A stretch of DNA of 53,577 nt from an uncultured Mollicutes bacterium (GTDB lineage: Bacteria; Bacillota_I; Bacilli_A; RFN20; CAG-826). Positions 10,006-18,930 of this stretch are shown in pieces. Within the stretch, counting starts at the first letter, position 1. Each line of letters opens with the position of its first letter. The notes under the pieces are model-generated. The model made no database searches and was not told the origin of the DNA. It saw nothing but the letters and a program-made list of their open reading frames with translations. The translations under genes were made by a program, and so were the position numbers. Location: positions 1 to 53,577 of the forward strand of contig UQOB01000002.1 of assembly GCA_900542595.1 (NCBI GenBank), in the 5' to 3' direction.

Positions 10006-11372
10006 TATTTTTGTCCTTGCATTAAAGGAACACTTTCGCTTTGGGGGGCTTGGGCTTGAATGATGGCAGGATCGGCCGCAACTGCGGTGTTTTCATCCTT
10101 CTGCATCACGCAGTAGAAAAGGTTGCCGCGGACAGTGAAGTCACCTTTACACGGGAAAAGTTGTTCCATTTTCACGATATGGAATTCTGGGTGATTAGCG
10201 ACAAACTTATTGATTTGTTCTTCCCCTTCTTTCTTATCGATAGTGTTGACGAAATAAAGGAGAGTTCCTTTATTGTTGACGTATTTACTGACCCCTTCTA
10301 AGGCGTCTTCTTGTCTCTTTAAGATTTCGTCGATTTTCGAAGTATCGAAGTTAACGAAATAACCAGGATTGGTGGTGATTAAATCAAAGAAGGTGTTATC
10401 GGGAGCGCAGATGGCTAAATCGACAGGTCTCGAAATCGAAGCTTCCATCGCGTTCGGTTTAGCGCTGAAGAAATTAACATTGGTTAAACGGTTCTTTTTA
10501 ATCGTGTTCTTAATCACTTCATAACCATGGGTGGACGGCACTGCGAGATTCATCCCAACCGTGTTGCCGTAGGTTTCTAAGAGTTCTTTTAAGACATTCT
10601 TATTAGCGGCATTGCCGTTATAGATTAACAGTTCACTCGGTTCACTGATCGTGTAGGTATCGAGTAAATGTTTAACGACGGGTTTAATTTCATAGAGCAA
10701 GCCGTTCCGGAATTCATCGAGGGTGTATAAACTCTTACTGCCTTTATAAAGTAAGAGGTTAGGAATCTCGGTTTCTTCGAGGATGCCCTTATATTTTTCT
10801 AAGAGGGTTTCGATTTTAATCCGGCTGGTTCTCACTCTTAAGGTGGTGAGAGGAGGATTAATATAGTTCTTCAGGACATTGAAAGTCATGCTTAAGCCGA
10901 AATGATGAAGGATTTTAATCACCCACATTGGAGCGTTAAAATGGGTCATCAAATAGATTTCCATTTCTTTCTTGGTCGCTTTCTCGCCTTTATTTAAGCT
11001 GACTTGCGGCGGAAGAGCTTCCGCGTCCAAGAGGGGTTTCACGACATCTAAATGATCTTTAAAGCGTTCAAAAGCTTCCGTTTTGATTTCTTCTTTCGCT
11101 TTCGGGTCTTTCCCAAGTTTACTGACAAATAAAGCCGCTAAAACGATGAGAAGATAACGGATATCTTGTTCATCGACCTTGCCTTCTAAGGGTTTTAAAA
11201 GGTAACGAAGACGATAATAGTGAGTGATCACGTACCGGAAAATAAAGATGCTATCACGGTGCGCTGCCCTGTCTTCTTTCGTCTTAAATGTCTTATCAAT
11301 GGTGGTGAAGAAGTTATCTCTTTCATCTAAGAAACCATTGAGAGCTTGCCCCGCTAAAGTAATGTTTTCCAT
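10005..11372 (-). CDS. RsmB/Sun-like protein (NusB-like N-domain plus MTase-like fold) with degenerate catalytic motifs
   Basis: 455 aa in the rsmB slot upstream of rlmN. It can be aligned by eye to E. coli RsmB (LRVRTSR..., FRNGLLYE...). The SAM loop DLCAAPGGKT corresponds to IYNGNAANKN, DAPCS to CAPDN, and TCS to VNT. Confidence 0.7.
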   Translation of the reverse strand: MENITLAGQALNGFLDERDNFFTTIDKTFKTKEDRAAHRDSIFIFRYVITHYYRLRYLLKPLEGKVDEQDIRYLLIVLAALFVSKLGKDPKAKEEIKTEAFERFKDHLDVVKPLLDAEALPPQVSLNKGEKATKKEMEIYLMTHFNAPMWVIKILHHFGLSMTFNVLKNYINPPLTTLRVRTSRIKIETLLEKYKGILEETEIPNLLLYKGSKSLYTLDEFRNGLLYEIKPVVKHLLDTYTISEPSELLIYNGNAANKNVLKELLETYGNTVGMNLAVPSTHGYEVIKNTIKKNRLTNVNFFSAKPNAMEASISRPVDLAICAPDNTFFDLITTNPGYFVNFDTSKIDEILKRQEDALEGVSKYVNNKGTLLYFVNTIDKKEGEEQINKFVANHPEFHIVKMEQLFPCKGDFTVRGNLFYCVMQKDENTAVAADPAIIQAQAPQSESVPLMQGQK

Positions 11373-11386
11373 GTTCGGTTGATCTC

Positions 11387-11878
11387 CTACTTTTTATTTT
11401 TATCGTCATAGAGACGATTGAGCTCATCGATATGACCTTCGAAGACATTGCCGGTATGGATTTCTTCATCGTCATCGCTATCGGCTTCATAGTCTTGGTC
11501 ATCTTTATCGTCATTGAAGGAAACGATGTTCTTCTCCTCGATAAATCGAGGGTAGTCATCGTTAATCAGCTGATAAGTATGTTCTTCTTCAAAGTAATGG
11601 AATTGGATATTGAGATTGATGGAGAAGTCCTTCAAAGTCTTCATCAAATAAGTCGCAACTTTTTCTTCTAATCTTTCGTATTTATGGGGAGCGAGGACGA
11701 TGACTAAAGTGTCCCAACTCACCTGTTCCACTCCTTTATGGAAAAGGACACTCTGCGGAGCGTAGAAGGAAATATCATCTTCTTCCGTTTCGAAAAGCGA
11801 GGCGAGATTAGCCGTGTGGTTTTTGGAATAATGGCCGGTCACATATTGATCAAGGCCGAGGATTGCGATGGTTATCAT
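11387..11878 (-). CDS. hypothetical protein with an acidic C-terminal tail (possibly DUF1904/tautomerase-like N-domain)
   Basis: 163 aa with tail DDKDDQDYEADSDDDEE. AGGAG lies 11 nt upstream of the downstream gene. It sits where def-fmt lie in Bacillus. The family assignment is a weak recollection only. Confidence 0.55.
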   Translation of the reverse strand: MITIAILGLDQYVTGHYSKNHTANLASLFETEEDDISFYAPQSVLFHKGVEQVSWDTLVIVLAPHKYERLEEKVATYLMKTLKDFSINLNIQFHYFEEEHTYQLINDDYPRFIEEKNIVSFNDDKDDQDYEADSDDDEEIHTGNVFEGHIDELNRLYDDKNKK

Positions 11879-11896
11879 AAATTTTCTTTCGTTGTG

Positions 11897-11905
11897 ATTA
11901 TATCA
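11897..11905 (-). promoter_or_regulatory. extended -10 promoter element (TGATATAAT) upstream of the 163-aa gene
   Basis: The minus strand reads TTGTGATATAAT, a perfect TGnTATAAT, embedded in the palindrome GTGATATAATCAC in the 69-nt priA-downstream gap. Confidence 0.45.
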
Positions 11906-11947
11906 CAAGAATCCGAGTGGAAAAGACTTTTAAAAGAATGTAAAGCA

Positions 11948-14149
11948 CTAATAATCCATGGGGTCAGCGTTAACTTGGAGAGAGATCTTACCTCCACTTT
12001 TATAAGTTTGAAGAAGGTTTCGTAAAACGGAACGGGTTTCTTCTTGGTTTTTGGTCTTGATGATGATTTGCTTTCGGAATTTCCCGTCCATCATCGAATA
12101 GTATGGGGTGAAGGGTCCAATTACTTTATCATTAGGTAGCTCTTTTCTTAGGTAATCACGGATACTGATGGCTTCGTTCATCGTCTCTTCGTTTTCTTTA
12201 CCTTTCACGATCAATAAGTAAAGGAAGAAATATGGAGGATTTTGATTGAGATAACGTTCCCTCATCTCTCGTTTATAGAAGGTATCGTAATCCTGCTTCG
12301 CTCCTAGGGTTATCGCGTAGTGATCAGGGTTAAAAGTTTGGATTAAGGCTTCACCTTTTAAGGAACTCCTACCGCTGCGTCCGACCATTTGACTGATCAG
12401 TTCAAAACTTCTTTCGCTCGCCCGGAAAGTGGGCAAAGTGAGCCCGATGTCCGCGAGAACGACAGCGGATAAAGTAACATACGGGAAGTCATGCCCTTTC
12501 GCGATAATCTGGGTGCCTAAAAGGATGTCGTATTTCCTCTCGTAGAAATCTCTTAAGAGTTTCGATGTTTCGAAAGAGAGACGTGAGATATCGCTATCGA
12601 GACGAGCAATCTTTTTATCAGGGAAAAGAGTGTGTAAATCTTCTTCCACTCTTTCAATTCCAAAACCGACTCGCCTGAAGTTTCTCGCTCCACAGACAGG
12701 GCAAGCTTTTGGGAATTCTTCCACGTGCCCACAGTGGTGACATTTAAGGAGATTGTCGCTTCGGTGGTAGGTTAGAACGGAACCGCAGTCAGGGCAGGTC
12801 ATCATGTGGTTACAGTTAGCGCAGTTAACCCCAGTCCAGTAACCCCTTCTATTCATTAAGAGTAAAACCTGTTCCCCTTTTGAAAGCTTTTCGTTGATTT
12901 TTTCAATGAGGGGTAAACTGAGCTTATCACTCAAATTTCCAAAAATATGTGGGGTTTTTAAATCGATAATTTGATAATCGATTTTTATATTGCCGTTAAT
13001 TCTTTCCTTTAAAAGGTAATATCCATACTTCCCTTTTAACGCTCTCGCGCGGGTTTCAAAAGAGGGGGTTGCACTTCCTAAAACTACTTTCGCTCCTGTG
13101 ATGTTCGCTCTTAAAATCGCCGCTTCTCTCGCGTGGTAGAAAGGGGGAACGTCTTGCTTATAACTTTCAACATGCTCTTCATCAATGATGATGAGTTTAA
13201 GATTTTTAATCGGTGAGAAGACCGCGCTCCTCGCTCCAATCGCGACCTTCGCCTTTCCGTCCCGCATCTTCCGGTATTCGTCATAACGTTCGCTAGGAGT
13301 TAAACCGGAGTGAAGGATGGCTACTTGATCACCGAATCTGTTTTTTAAGAGGCTGACTAACCTCGGTGTTAAACTGATTTCGGGGACGAGATAAATAATG
13401 CCGGCATCTTCCTTTAAATAATGTTCAATTAAGTGAAGATAGATTTCCGTTTTACCGCTACCGGTGACACCTTCGATTAAGAAAACATTCTGGGGAGCAT
13501 TTAGCACCGCTTCCATCGCTTCTTGTTGTTTAGGAGTTAAAACTTTCTTCTCATAATCGAAGCTTTCATCCATCACTCTTAAGCGGTAATGTTCACGTTT
13601 CTTAAGTTTAAAATAGCCATTATCCAAAAGCTTTTTAACAATAGAGGGACTACCGGCTTCTTTCTTAGGCACCGGTTGATGAAGAGCCACTAGACGATAA
13701 ATTTCTTTTTGTTTAGGAGTAAGAGTTTCATCCTCCGCTTTATCAGTGACTAAGAAATAATCGTATTTAATCTTTGGTCCTTTTAAGGCTGTTCTTTTCG
13801 GGGACAAAGATAAAGGCAACATCGCTTGAAGAACGGTCATTAAAGGGGACACATAGTATTCACTCACTTGTTTAGCGAGTTCTAAGAGTTCATCACTCAA
13901 CAAAGCGTCTTCATCGATGATATCTTCATCCATGATTTCCTTATAGGCGATAGAGGAATTATCGATGATTTCATCGATATTATCTTGTTTTTCTTCCACT
14001 CCCACCACAAAACCAACGGAAGGACGATGATTGAAATCAATCTTCACTCTTCCGTAAAGGGGGATCTTTCTCTTACCTTTATATAGATAATAAAAAGGTC
14101 GGTTTAAGTCCCAGGCCTGGTATTCGGTTAAAACACTGATGAGTTTCAC
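11948..14149 (-). CDS. priA: primosomal protein N' (replication restart helicase)
   Basis: 733 aa. Walker A GVTGSGKT, DEEH box, and the Cys-rich zinc region CANCNHMMTCPDCGSVLTYH...CHHCGH...CPVCG. Confidence 0.93.
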   Translation of the reverse strand: MKLISVLTEYQAWDLNRPFYYLYKGKRKIPLYGRVKIDFNHRPSVGFVVGVEEKQDNIDEIIDNSSIAYKEIMDEDIIDEDALLSDELLELAKQVSEYYVSPLMTVLQAMLPLSLSPKRTALKGPKIKYDYFLVTDKAEDETLTPKQKEIYRLVALHQPVPKKEAGSPSIVKKLLDNGYFKLKKREHYRLRVMDESFDYEKKVLTPKQQEAMEAVLNAPQNVFLIEGVTGSGKTEIYLHLIEHYLKEDAGIIYLVPEISLTPRLVSLLKNRFGDQVAILHSGLTPSERYDEYRKMRDGKAKVAIGARSAVFSPIKNLKLIIIDEEHVESYKQDVPPFYHAREAAILRANITGAKVVLGSATPSFETRARALKGKYGYYLLKERINGNIKIDYQIIDLKTPHIFGNLSDKLSLPLIEKINEKLSKGEQVLLLMNRRGYWTGVNCANCNHMMTCPDCGSVLTYHRSDNLLKCHHCGHVEEFPKACPVCGARNFRRVGFGIERVEEDLHTLFPDKKIARLDSDISRLSFETSKLLRDFYERKYDILLGTQIIAKGHDFPYVTLSAVVLADIGLTLPTFRASERSFELISQMVGRSGRSSLKGEALIQTFNPDHYAITLGAKQDYDTFYKREMRERYLNQNPPYFFLYLLIVKGKENEETMNEAISIRDYLRKELPNDKVIGPFTPYYSMMDGKFRKQIIIKTKNQEETRSVLRNLLQTYKSGGKISLQVNADPMDY

Positions 14150-14156
14150 AACTCAA

Positions 14157-14735
14157 TTATAAAGTTTTTTCAATTTCTTGACGGATAATCTTTTCGATTT
14201 CGTGGGCAGCTTCATCAACATTGTTATTGATGATGGTGTGTTTATAATCTTTCGCGTACTTGAGTTCGGTCTTCGCTCGTTTTAAACGCTTTTGAATAGC
14301 TTCTTCATCTTCTGAACATCTTCCCCGGATCCGTTTTTCCAGTTCTTCTAAGCTCGGAGGTAAAAGGAAGAAAGAAAGGATATCGATATCCTTTAAAGCT
14401 TTCATCACTGTTTCCGCTCCATTAACTTCAATCTCAAGGATCACGTTCTTTCCTTCATTCATCGCATCGAAAACCGGTTGCTTTAAAGTTCCATAATTAT
14501 GTTTAACGAAAGAAGTATGTTCTAAGAAATTGCCTTCTTCCACTTGTTGTTTAAAATATTCAGGGGTAACGAAGTGATAATGAACTCCTTCAATTTCGCC
14601 CGGTCTCGGACCTCTGGTGGTTAAAGAAACACTATAAAATAAGTTCAAGGAATGGTTTTCCATGACTTTTGCCCGGATGGTGCCTTTACCGACACCGCTA
14701 GGACCAGAGATGATAATTAAAAGACCCTTTTTCAT
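14157..14735 (-). CDS. gmk: guanylate kinase
   Basis: 192 aa. Motifs: GPSGVGKGT, TTRGPRPGE, YHF. Only 7 nt separate it from the priA start. Confidence 0.95.
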   Translation of the reverse strand: MKKGLLIIISGPSGVGKGTIRAKVMENHSLNLFYSVSLTTRGPRPGEIEGVHYHFVTPEYFKQQVEEGNFLEHTSFVKHNYGTLKQPVFDAMNEGKNVILEIEVNGAETVMKALKDIDILSFFLLPPSLEELEKRIRGRCSEDEEAIQKRLKRAKTELKYAKDYKHTIINNNVDEAAHEIEKIIRQEIEKTL

Positions 14736-15102
14736 ATGTTTAACCTTTATTATGCAATATTATTTAAAAAAGTTCACATATAATCGAACAAAATTTGCTA
14801 TCTTTTTTCCTTTGTTAAGATTGTAATCACTAAAAATAATTGAGATTTAAAGAGATATTTCAATATTTTTGGAAAATACTTTGGAAGATAGTTTCGACTT
14901 TAAACTTTTTTCTCTTCCTTTTTTGAGACAGTTTTGCTTATAAGAAAAACAGCCCAATAATATAGCTGTTATCAAAGAATTAGTTGCGCTGAGAGGGTAA
15001 CTTCATCAGCACTGATATAAATAATCGACTTAAGTAAGTTTATATTTAGGTCTTTCACCATTGTTATCTAAAGACAGCTCAGTTAGAAAGGAGAAGAAAA
15101 GG

Positions 15103-15609
15103 AAGTATGTCTGTACCATCTGCGGATACGTCTATGATGAAGAAAAAGAGAAAGTTCTTTTAAAGACCTTCCCGATTCTTGAATTTGTCCCTTATGTGAA
15201 ACCCCTAAGTCGGCCTTTGTTCCTATAGAAGATAAGAAAAAAGAAGAAACAAAGAAACCCACGAGAGCGCTCCCGATCGATGAGTATATGAAAAAAATCC
15301 CCACTAGCGTTATCCGCTTTGTGTAATAACTCAGCGAGAGGATGCAAAAAACAATATAAGGATGAAGAAGGCTTCCCGCTCCTCACAGCGAAATTCCGCT
15401 TAGTGGCCGCTATCGAAAAGCACCACGAAGAGCGGTATCGGAAACTCTTACATAACGTCGAGAAAAAAGAAACCTTCCAAAAGAGCGAAGTTAAGATCTG
15501 GGAATGCCGGAACTGCGGTCACCTTGTCATTGGTACCAAAGCGTCGGAAATCTGTCCGACCTGTGGCTACGCTCAAAGCTTCTTCGAACTTAACTGCGAA
15601 AACTATTAA
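15103..15609 (+). pseudogene. decayed rubredoxin-rubrerythrin fusion gene (frameshifts, in-frame TGA, internal deletion)
   Basis: Frame A from 15103 reads KYVCTICGYVYDEEKEK. A shifted frame reads FKDLPDS[TGA 15180-15182]ICPLCETPKSAFVPIEDKKKEE... to TAA 15324. A third frame (ORF 15319..15609, TTG start, no SD) holds only the last ferritin-like helix plus the C-terminal rubredoxin-like domain (EEGFP...IEKHHEERYRKLL...WECRNCGH...CPTCGYAQSFFEL). No ATG precedes the N-terminal CxxC. Confidence 0.65.
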
Positions 15610-15625
15610 TCCTCCAAGGTTAATA

Positions 15626-15652
15626 AAAAGAGCTCCTGAGGGAGCTCTTTTC
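15626..15652. terminator. bidirectional rho-independent terminator (rubrerythrin remnant / degV)
   Basis: AGAGCTCC (15629-15636), loop TGAG, GGAGCTCT (15641-15648). It is flanked by an A-run upstream and TTTT downstream. Confidence 0.7.
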
Positions 15653-15708
15653 TGTTTAAAATCGTGAAATAATAATTTTAATGAGGTTTTTACAAAGATA
15701 ATCAGTTT

Positions 15709-16560
15709 TTATTCTTCCGGTAAATCCGTTAAAAATTGGACCCCTAAGGCTTTCGGTCCGGCGTGGTAAGAGTTGGTCGGACAAGCTTTGGTGGTGACGA
15801 CTTGTTGGAAGCCGAAGGAATAAAGATAGTCTTGAATCATCTTGAGGTCGCTTTCTTCCGCGGTCGAATAGTTGATGAAACACATCGACTTATCGATGAC
15901 GGGATAAGAAGCTAAATGGTCTTTCACATAGTTCATTACACATTTGGTGTAAGTACCTCTATATTTCTTCCCGATAATGAATTTTCCTTCTTTATCGCAC
16001 ATGATGACCGGTTTAATATGGAGTAAGTTCGCCCCAAACAAGGCAAGTTTCGAACATCTCCCGCCCTTTTGTAAGAAATAAAGGGTGTCGATGATGAAGG
16101 AACATTTTGCGTTCTCTCTTCTTCTTAAGAGTTCTTTCTTAATTTCTTCAAAGCTCTTACCCTTTTGAATCAATTGGTAAGCATAAATAGCGAGTAAGGC
16201 GATTTCACCGCTGGTACCGTGGCTATCGAGGACGAAGATATTTGGATCTTCATGGGACGCTACTACCGCGTTCGGGTAACCGCTACTTAACCCGCTGGAA
16301 ATGGTGAAGTGAATGATTTGGTCGGCTCCACTTCTCTTTAAAGTTTGAAAATGGTTTTCTAACTCCTCAATATTCACCGCTGCTGTGTGACAAAGTTTTC
16401 CGCTTGTTTTAGTGAATTCAAAGAGTTCTTCATTAGTGAATTCGTTATCAAGATAGGTGACACCTTCTTTTTCAAGGTGGAAATGAACAATCTTGATTCC
16501 GTATTTGTTGAGTAATTCAGGTGTTAAATCAATAGTGCTTTCTGCGCTTAAGGCAATCAT
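15709..16560 (-). CDS. DegV-family fatty-acid-binding protein
   Basis: N-terminus MIALSAESTIDLTPE and overall DegV-like layout. ATG 16560 is preferred over the track's GTG 16578 because GGGAGGGG lies about 7 nt upstream of it. Confidence 0.88.
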   Translation of the reverse strand: MIALSAESTIDLTPELLNKYGIKIVHFHLEKEGVTYLDNEFTNEELFEFTKTSGKLCHTAAVNIEELENHFQTLKRSGADQIIHFTISSGLSSGYPNAVVASHEDPNIFVLDSHGTSGEIALLAIYAYQLIQKGKSFEEIKKELLRRRENAKCSFIIDTLYFLQKGGRCSKLALFGANLLHIKPVIMCDKEGKFIIGKKYRGTYTKCVMNYVKDHLASYPVIDKSMCFINYSTAEESDLKMIQDYLYSFGFQQVVTTKACPTNSYHAGPKALGVQFLTDLPEE

Positions 16561-16606
16561 AAGGCCCCTCCCAAGCACAATACCATATCTTGTTTTAAAT
16601 ACTAGG

Positions 16607-16635
16607 TCAACAAAAATGCATCGGTGGTCTATACT
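16607..16635 (+). promoter_or_regulatory. candidate promoter TCAACA-17-TATACT in front of rqcH
   Basis: -35 at 16607-16612 and -10 at 16630-16635. If this promoter is used, ATG 16645 would sit 2-3 nt from the transcription start (near-leaderless). Confidence 0.3.
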
Positions 16636-18054
16636 ATGTTCAATATGAAATTGACCAATAAAAGTTTAAAAATATACCTCGATTACTTAAAACCAATGTT
16701 GGTGGGAACCCACCTCACCTTGGTGGACTTTTTCACTAAAGAAGACTTGGTTTTTTACTTCGCCAAAAGTGACCCATCATCGTTAGTTTTGTCACTCAAC
16801 GGATCCCAAGCCAGACTCATTTTAACTAACCGTTTTCCAAGATTTAGAGGAGTTGAAAATTCCTTCCTTGATAAACTGAAAAAGGAACTTGGGAATGGCT
16901 ATCTTTTAAACCTCGAGCAGGTGAATGAGGATCGAATCGTCCATTTTACCTTTGAAGTGACTAACCGCATCTTCCAAAGAGAAAAGGTTCAGCTCTATTT
17001 TGAAATGTTCCCCCACCGAGCGAACCTCATTTTGACTAATGACGAAAATAAGATTATCGGTTTACTAAAACCCTCCTTGTTAACCGATGACCGGGTCCTC
17101 TTACTCAATATGCCCTACACTTTCCCAAAGAAACCGGACGCTCCCATCGATAATGTTTCGTTCGACCCAGAGGAATATCTTTTAAGTGAACAAAGTTATA
17201 TCACCTCTTTAACGCAGAAAAGAAAAGATAGTGAGATGCGGCCGATCCTCAAAGCCTTGAACAATCGGCTTAATCTCTTAAAACGGAAGAAATTTAAACT
17301 CCAAGAAGAAAAGCAAGCGGCTGAAACTTACCCGGAAGACCAAATGAAGGGAGAATACCTTTTCACCTACTGCAATCCTTCCGACTTTAATTTAGATAAA
17401 GTTGAGCTTGATGGTATCACTATCGCTTTAGATCCCTTAAAAACCATTAAAGCGAACGCGGAAGCCTATTTTAAACGAGCAAAAAAGAAGAAAGCCACCC
17501 TGAAATTTAGTGAGGAGAATATCGAAAAAGTTAATAAGGAATACACTTCCTTAGAAGCGATCAAAAACAATATTGAAGCCCTGTCCTATGATGAACTTAA
17601 ATCTTTGGGTCTTAAGGTTAAACTGAACGGTAAAAATTCTTTAAAAGAAATCAATGATTTTGGAACGGCTCTAAATCCTTATTATATAGAGTACCATGGC
17701 AAGACTTTCTATTTTGGAAAGAACGCCAGGCAGAATGATAGTGTTACTTTCATCTTAAAAAGGCTCTCGAGGGATGCTTATTGGTTCCACTTAAAAGATG
17801 GACCTTCTTCCCACGTCCTATTAGAAAAGGATGGGTCATTAAGCGAAGAAGATAAACTCGTCGCCGGATCCATCGTCCTTTTAAATAGTGAAATGCCCTC
17901 TGGGGAAATTATTCTTAGCCAAAAGAAACATTTAAAACGCGGTAATAAACCCGGAGAAGTTAAGATGACGCATTATGAATCTTTCTATGTGAGGGAGATA
18001 GATAAAAATATTAAACCCCTCCTCCTTAAAGCGGAGAAAGTTAACCACTTATGA
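16624..18054 (+). CDS. rqcH: NFACT-family ribosome quality control protein (RqcH / FbpA-like), short form
   Basis: The NFACT-N region contains EDRIVHF (the conserved DR). It also has a central K/E-rich coiled coil and a DUF814/NFACT-R motif DAYWFHLKDGPSSHVLL. The start is uncertain: GTG 16624, ATG 16636 or ATG 16645. Confidence 0.8.
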   Translation: MVYTMFNMKLTNKSLKIYLDYLKPMLVGTHLTLVDFFTKEDLVFYFAKSDPSSLVLSLNGSQARLILTNRFPRFRGVENSFLDKLKKELGNGYLLNLEQVNEDRIVHFTFEVTNRIFQREKVQLYFEMFPHRANLILTNDENKIIGLLKPSLLTDDRVLLLNMPYTFPKKPDAPIDNVSFDPEEYLLSEQSYITSLTQKRKDSEMRPILKALNNRLNLLKRKKFKLQEEKQAAETYPEDQMKGEYLFTYCNPSDFNLDKVELDGITIALDPLKTIKANAEAYFKRAKKKKATLKFSEENIEKVNKEYTSLEAIKNNIEALSYDELKSLGLKVKLNGKNSLKEINDFGTALNPYYIEYHGKTFYFGKNARQNDSVTFILKRLSRDAYWFHLKDGPSSHVLLEKDGSLSEEDKLVAGSIVLLNSEMPSGEIILSQKKHLKRGNKPGEVKMTHYESFYVREIDKNIKPLLLKAEKVNHL

Positions 18055-18911
18055 CGATCTTTAAAGACTATAGAACCGCAAGAGAGTTCTTTAAAAAAGC
18101 TTTCCCAAAAGAAGAAATTAAAAGCTGTAAAACGCTTAAAAAAGGTACAACTAATCGCCTCTTTCTCATTAATAATCACTATGTCGTTCGCCTTAAAAAA
18201 CCTTTAGAAAAGGAACTCTTTAACGCGGAAGAAGAACAAAAAGATTTATCCTTTCTTTTTAAAAATGACTTAGGACCTAAGCCGTACGCTTTTTCTAATA
18301 ATGGGAACTACATCATTCAATATTTAGCTAACACAGAACTAACGAAAGACGATTATCCCTCGATCGCGAGAGCCCTTAAAAAACTCCACTCTTTAAAACT
18401 GGAAAGCACTTCTTTCAACCCTATTGAAAGGCTTGATTTATATAAGATGGATGAGGAATATCCGCCTCTCTTAAAGGAACTTATTCCTTTGATAGAACAC
18501 TACACAAAAGAAAACCTGGTACTCTGCCACAACGACTTATTGCTCGCAAATATTTTAAAAACGGAGGACGGAATCAAATTCATCGATTATGAATACATGG
18601 CCCTTAACCATCCCTACTTTGATTTAGCTAGTTTTATTTCTGAAAATGTTCTAAGTAAAGAAGAAGCAAAACTCTTCCTCGAAAGTTACTTTGAAAAGCC
18701 TTTAACTAAAGATCAAATTATCCTTTTAAAACAGTTTATCGCGTTCGAAGATTACCTCTGGGGATATTGGGCGAAAAAGAATTATTTCTTTACTAAGAAG
18801 AAAGTTTATAAAGACATTTATGAAGATAAAAAGGCCGCTCAAGAAATTGATGAAGAATATTTCGCTAAGCATCCTGAGGAATTAAAAATCCTCGAGGGAT
18901 TTAACGCCTAA
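18051..18911 (+). CDS. choline/ethanolamine kinase-family phosphotransferase (APH fold)
   Basis: 286 aa. Brenner-type motif LCHNDLLLANIL followed by FIDYEY. The ATG overlaps the rqcH TGA (ATGA). Confidence 0.7.
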   Translation: MTIFKDYRTAREFFKKAFPKEEIKSCKTLKKGTTNRLFLINNHYVVRLKKPLEKELFNAEEEQKDLSFLFKNDLGPKPYAFSNNGNYIIQYLANTELTKDDYPSIARALKKLHSLKLESTSFNPIERLDLYKMDEEYPPLLKELIPLIEHYTKENLVLCHNDLLLANILKTEDGIKFIDYEYMALNHPYFDLASFISENVLSKEEAKLFLESYFEKPLTKDQIILLKQFIAFEDYLWGYWAKKNYFFTKKKVYKDIYEDKKAAQEIDEEYFAKHPEELKILEGFNA

Positions 18912-18930
18912 ATCTTCCTATAATATAGTG

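Noticed and set aside
15180-15182. TGA reassigned to Trp (genetic code 4) across this genome, suggested by TGA at the rubredoxin Trp position and by the in-frame TGA in the lipoprotein gene (52218-52220)
   Set aside because: All other Trp codons seen are TGG, including in the 6.6-kb ORF, which contains no TGA. TGA is the stop of glgC, glgD, rlmN, stp, prkC, rqcH, pepP, yigZ and atpD, mostly in ATGA/GTGA overlaps with the next gene's start. The rubredoxin locus also has frameshifts and a deletion, so it is a pseudogene. Local readthrough at 52218 remains possible and is reported as a finding.
15083-15386. Minus-strand ORFs 15083..15304 and 15192..15386
   Set aside because: They are antisense to the rubredoxin/rubrerythrin remnant, and the clear homology is on the plus strand. 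They have no SD or family signal.
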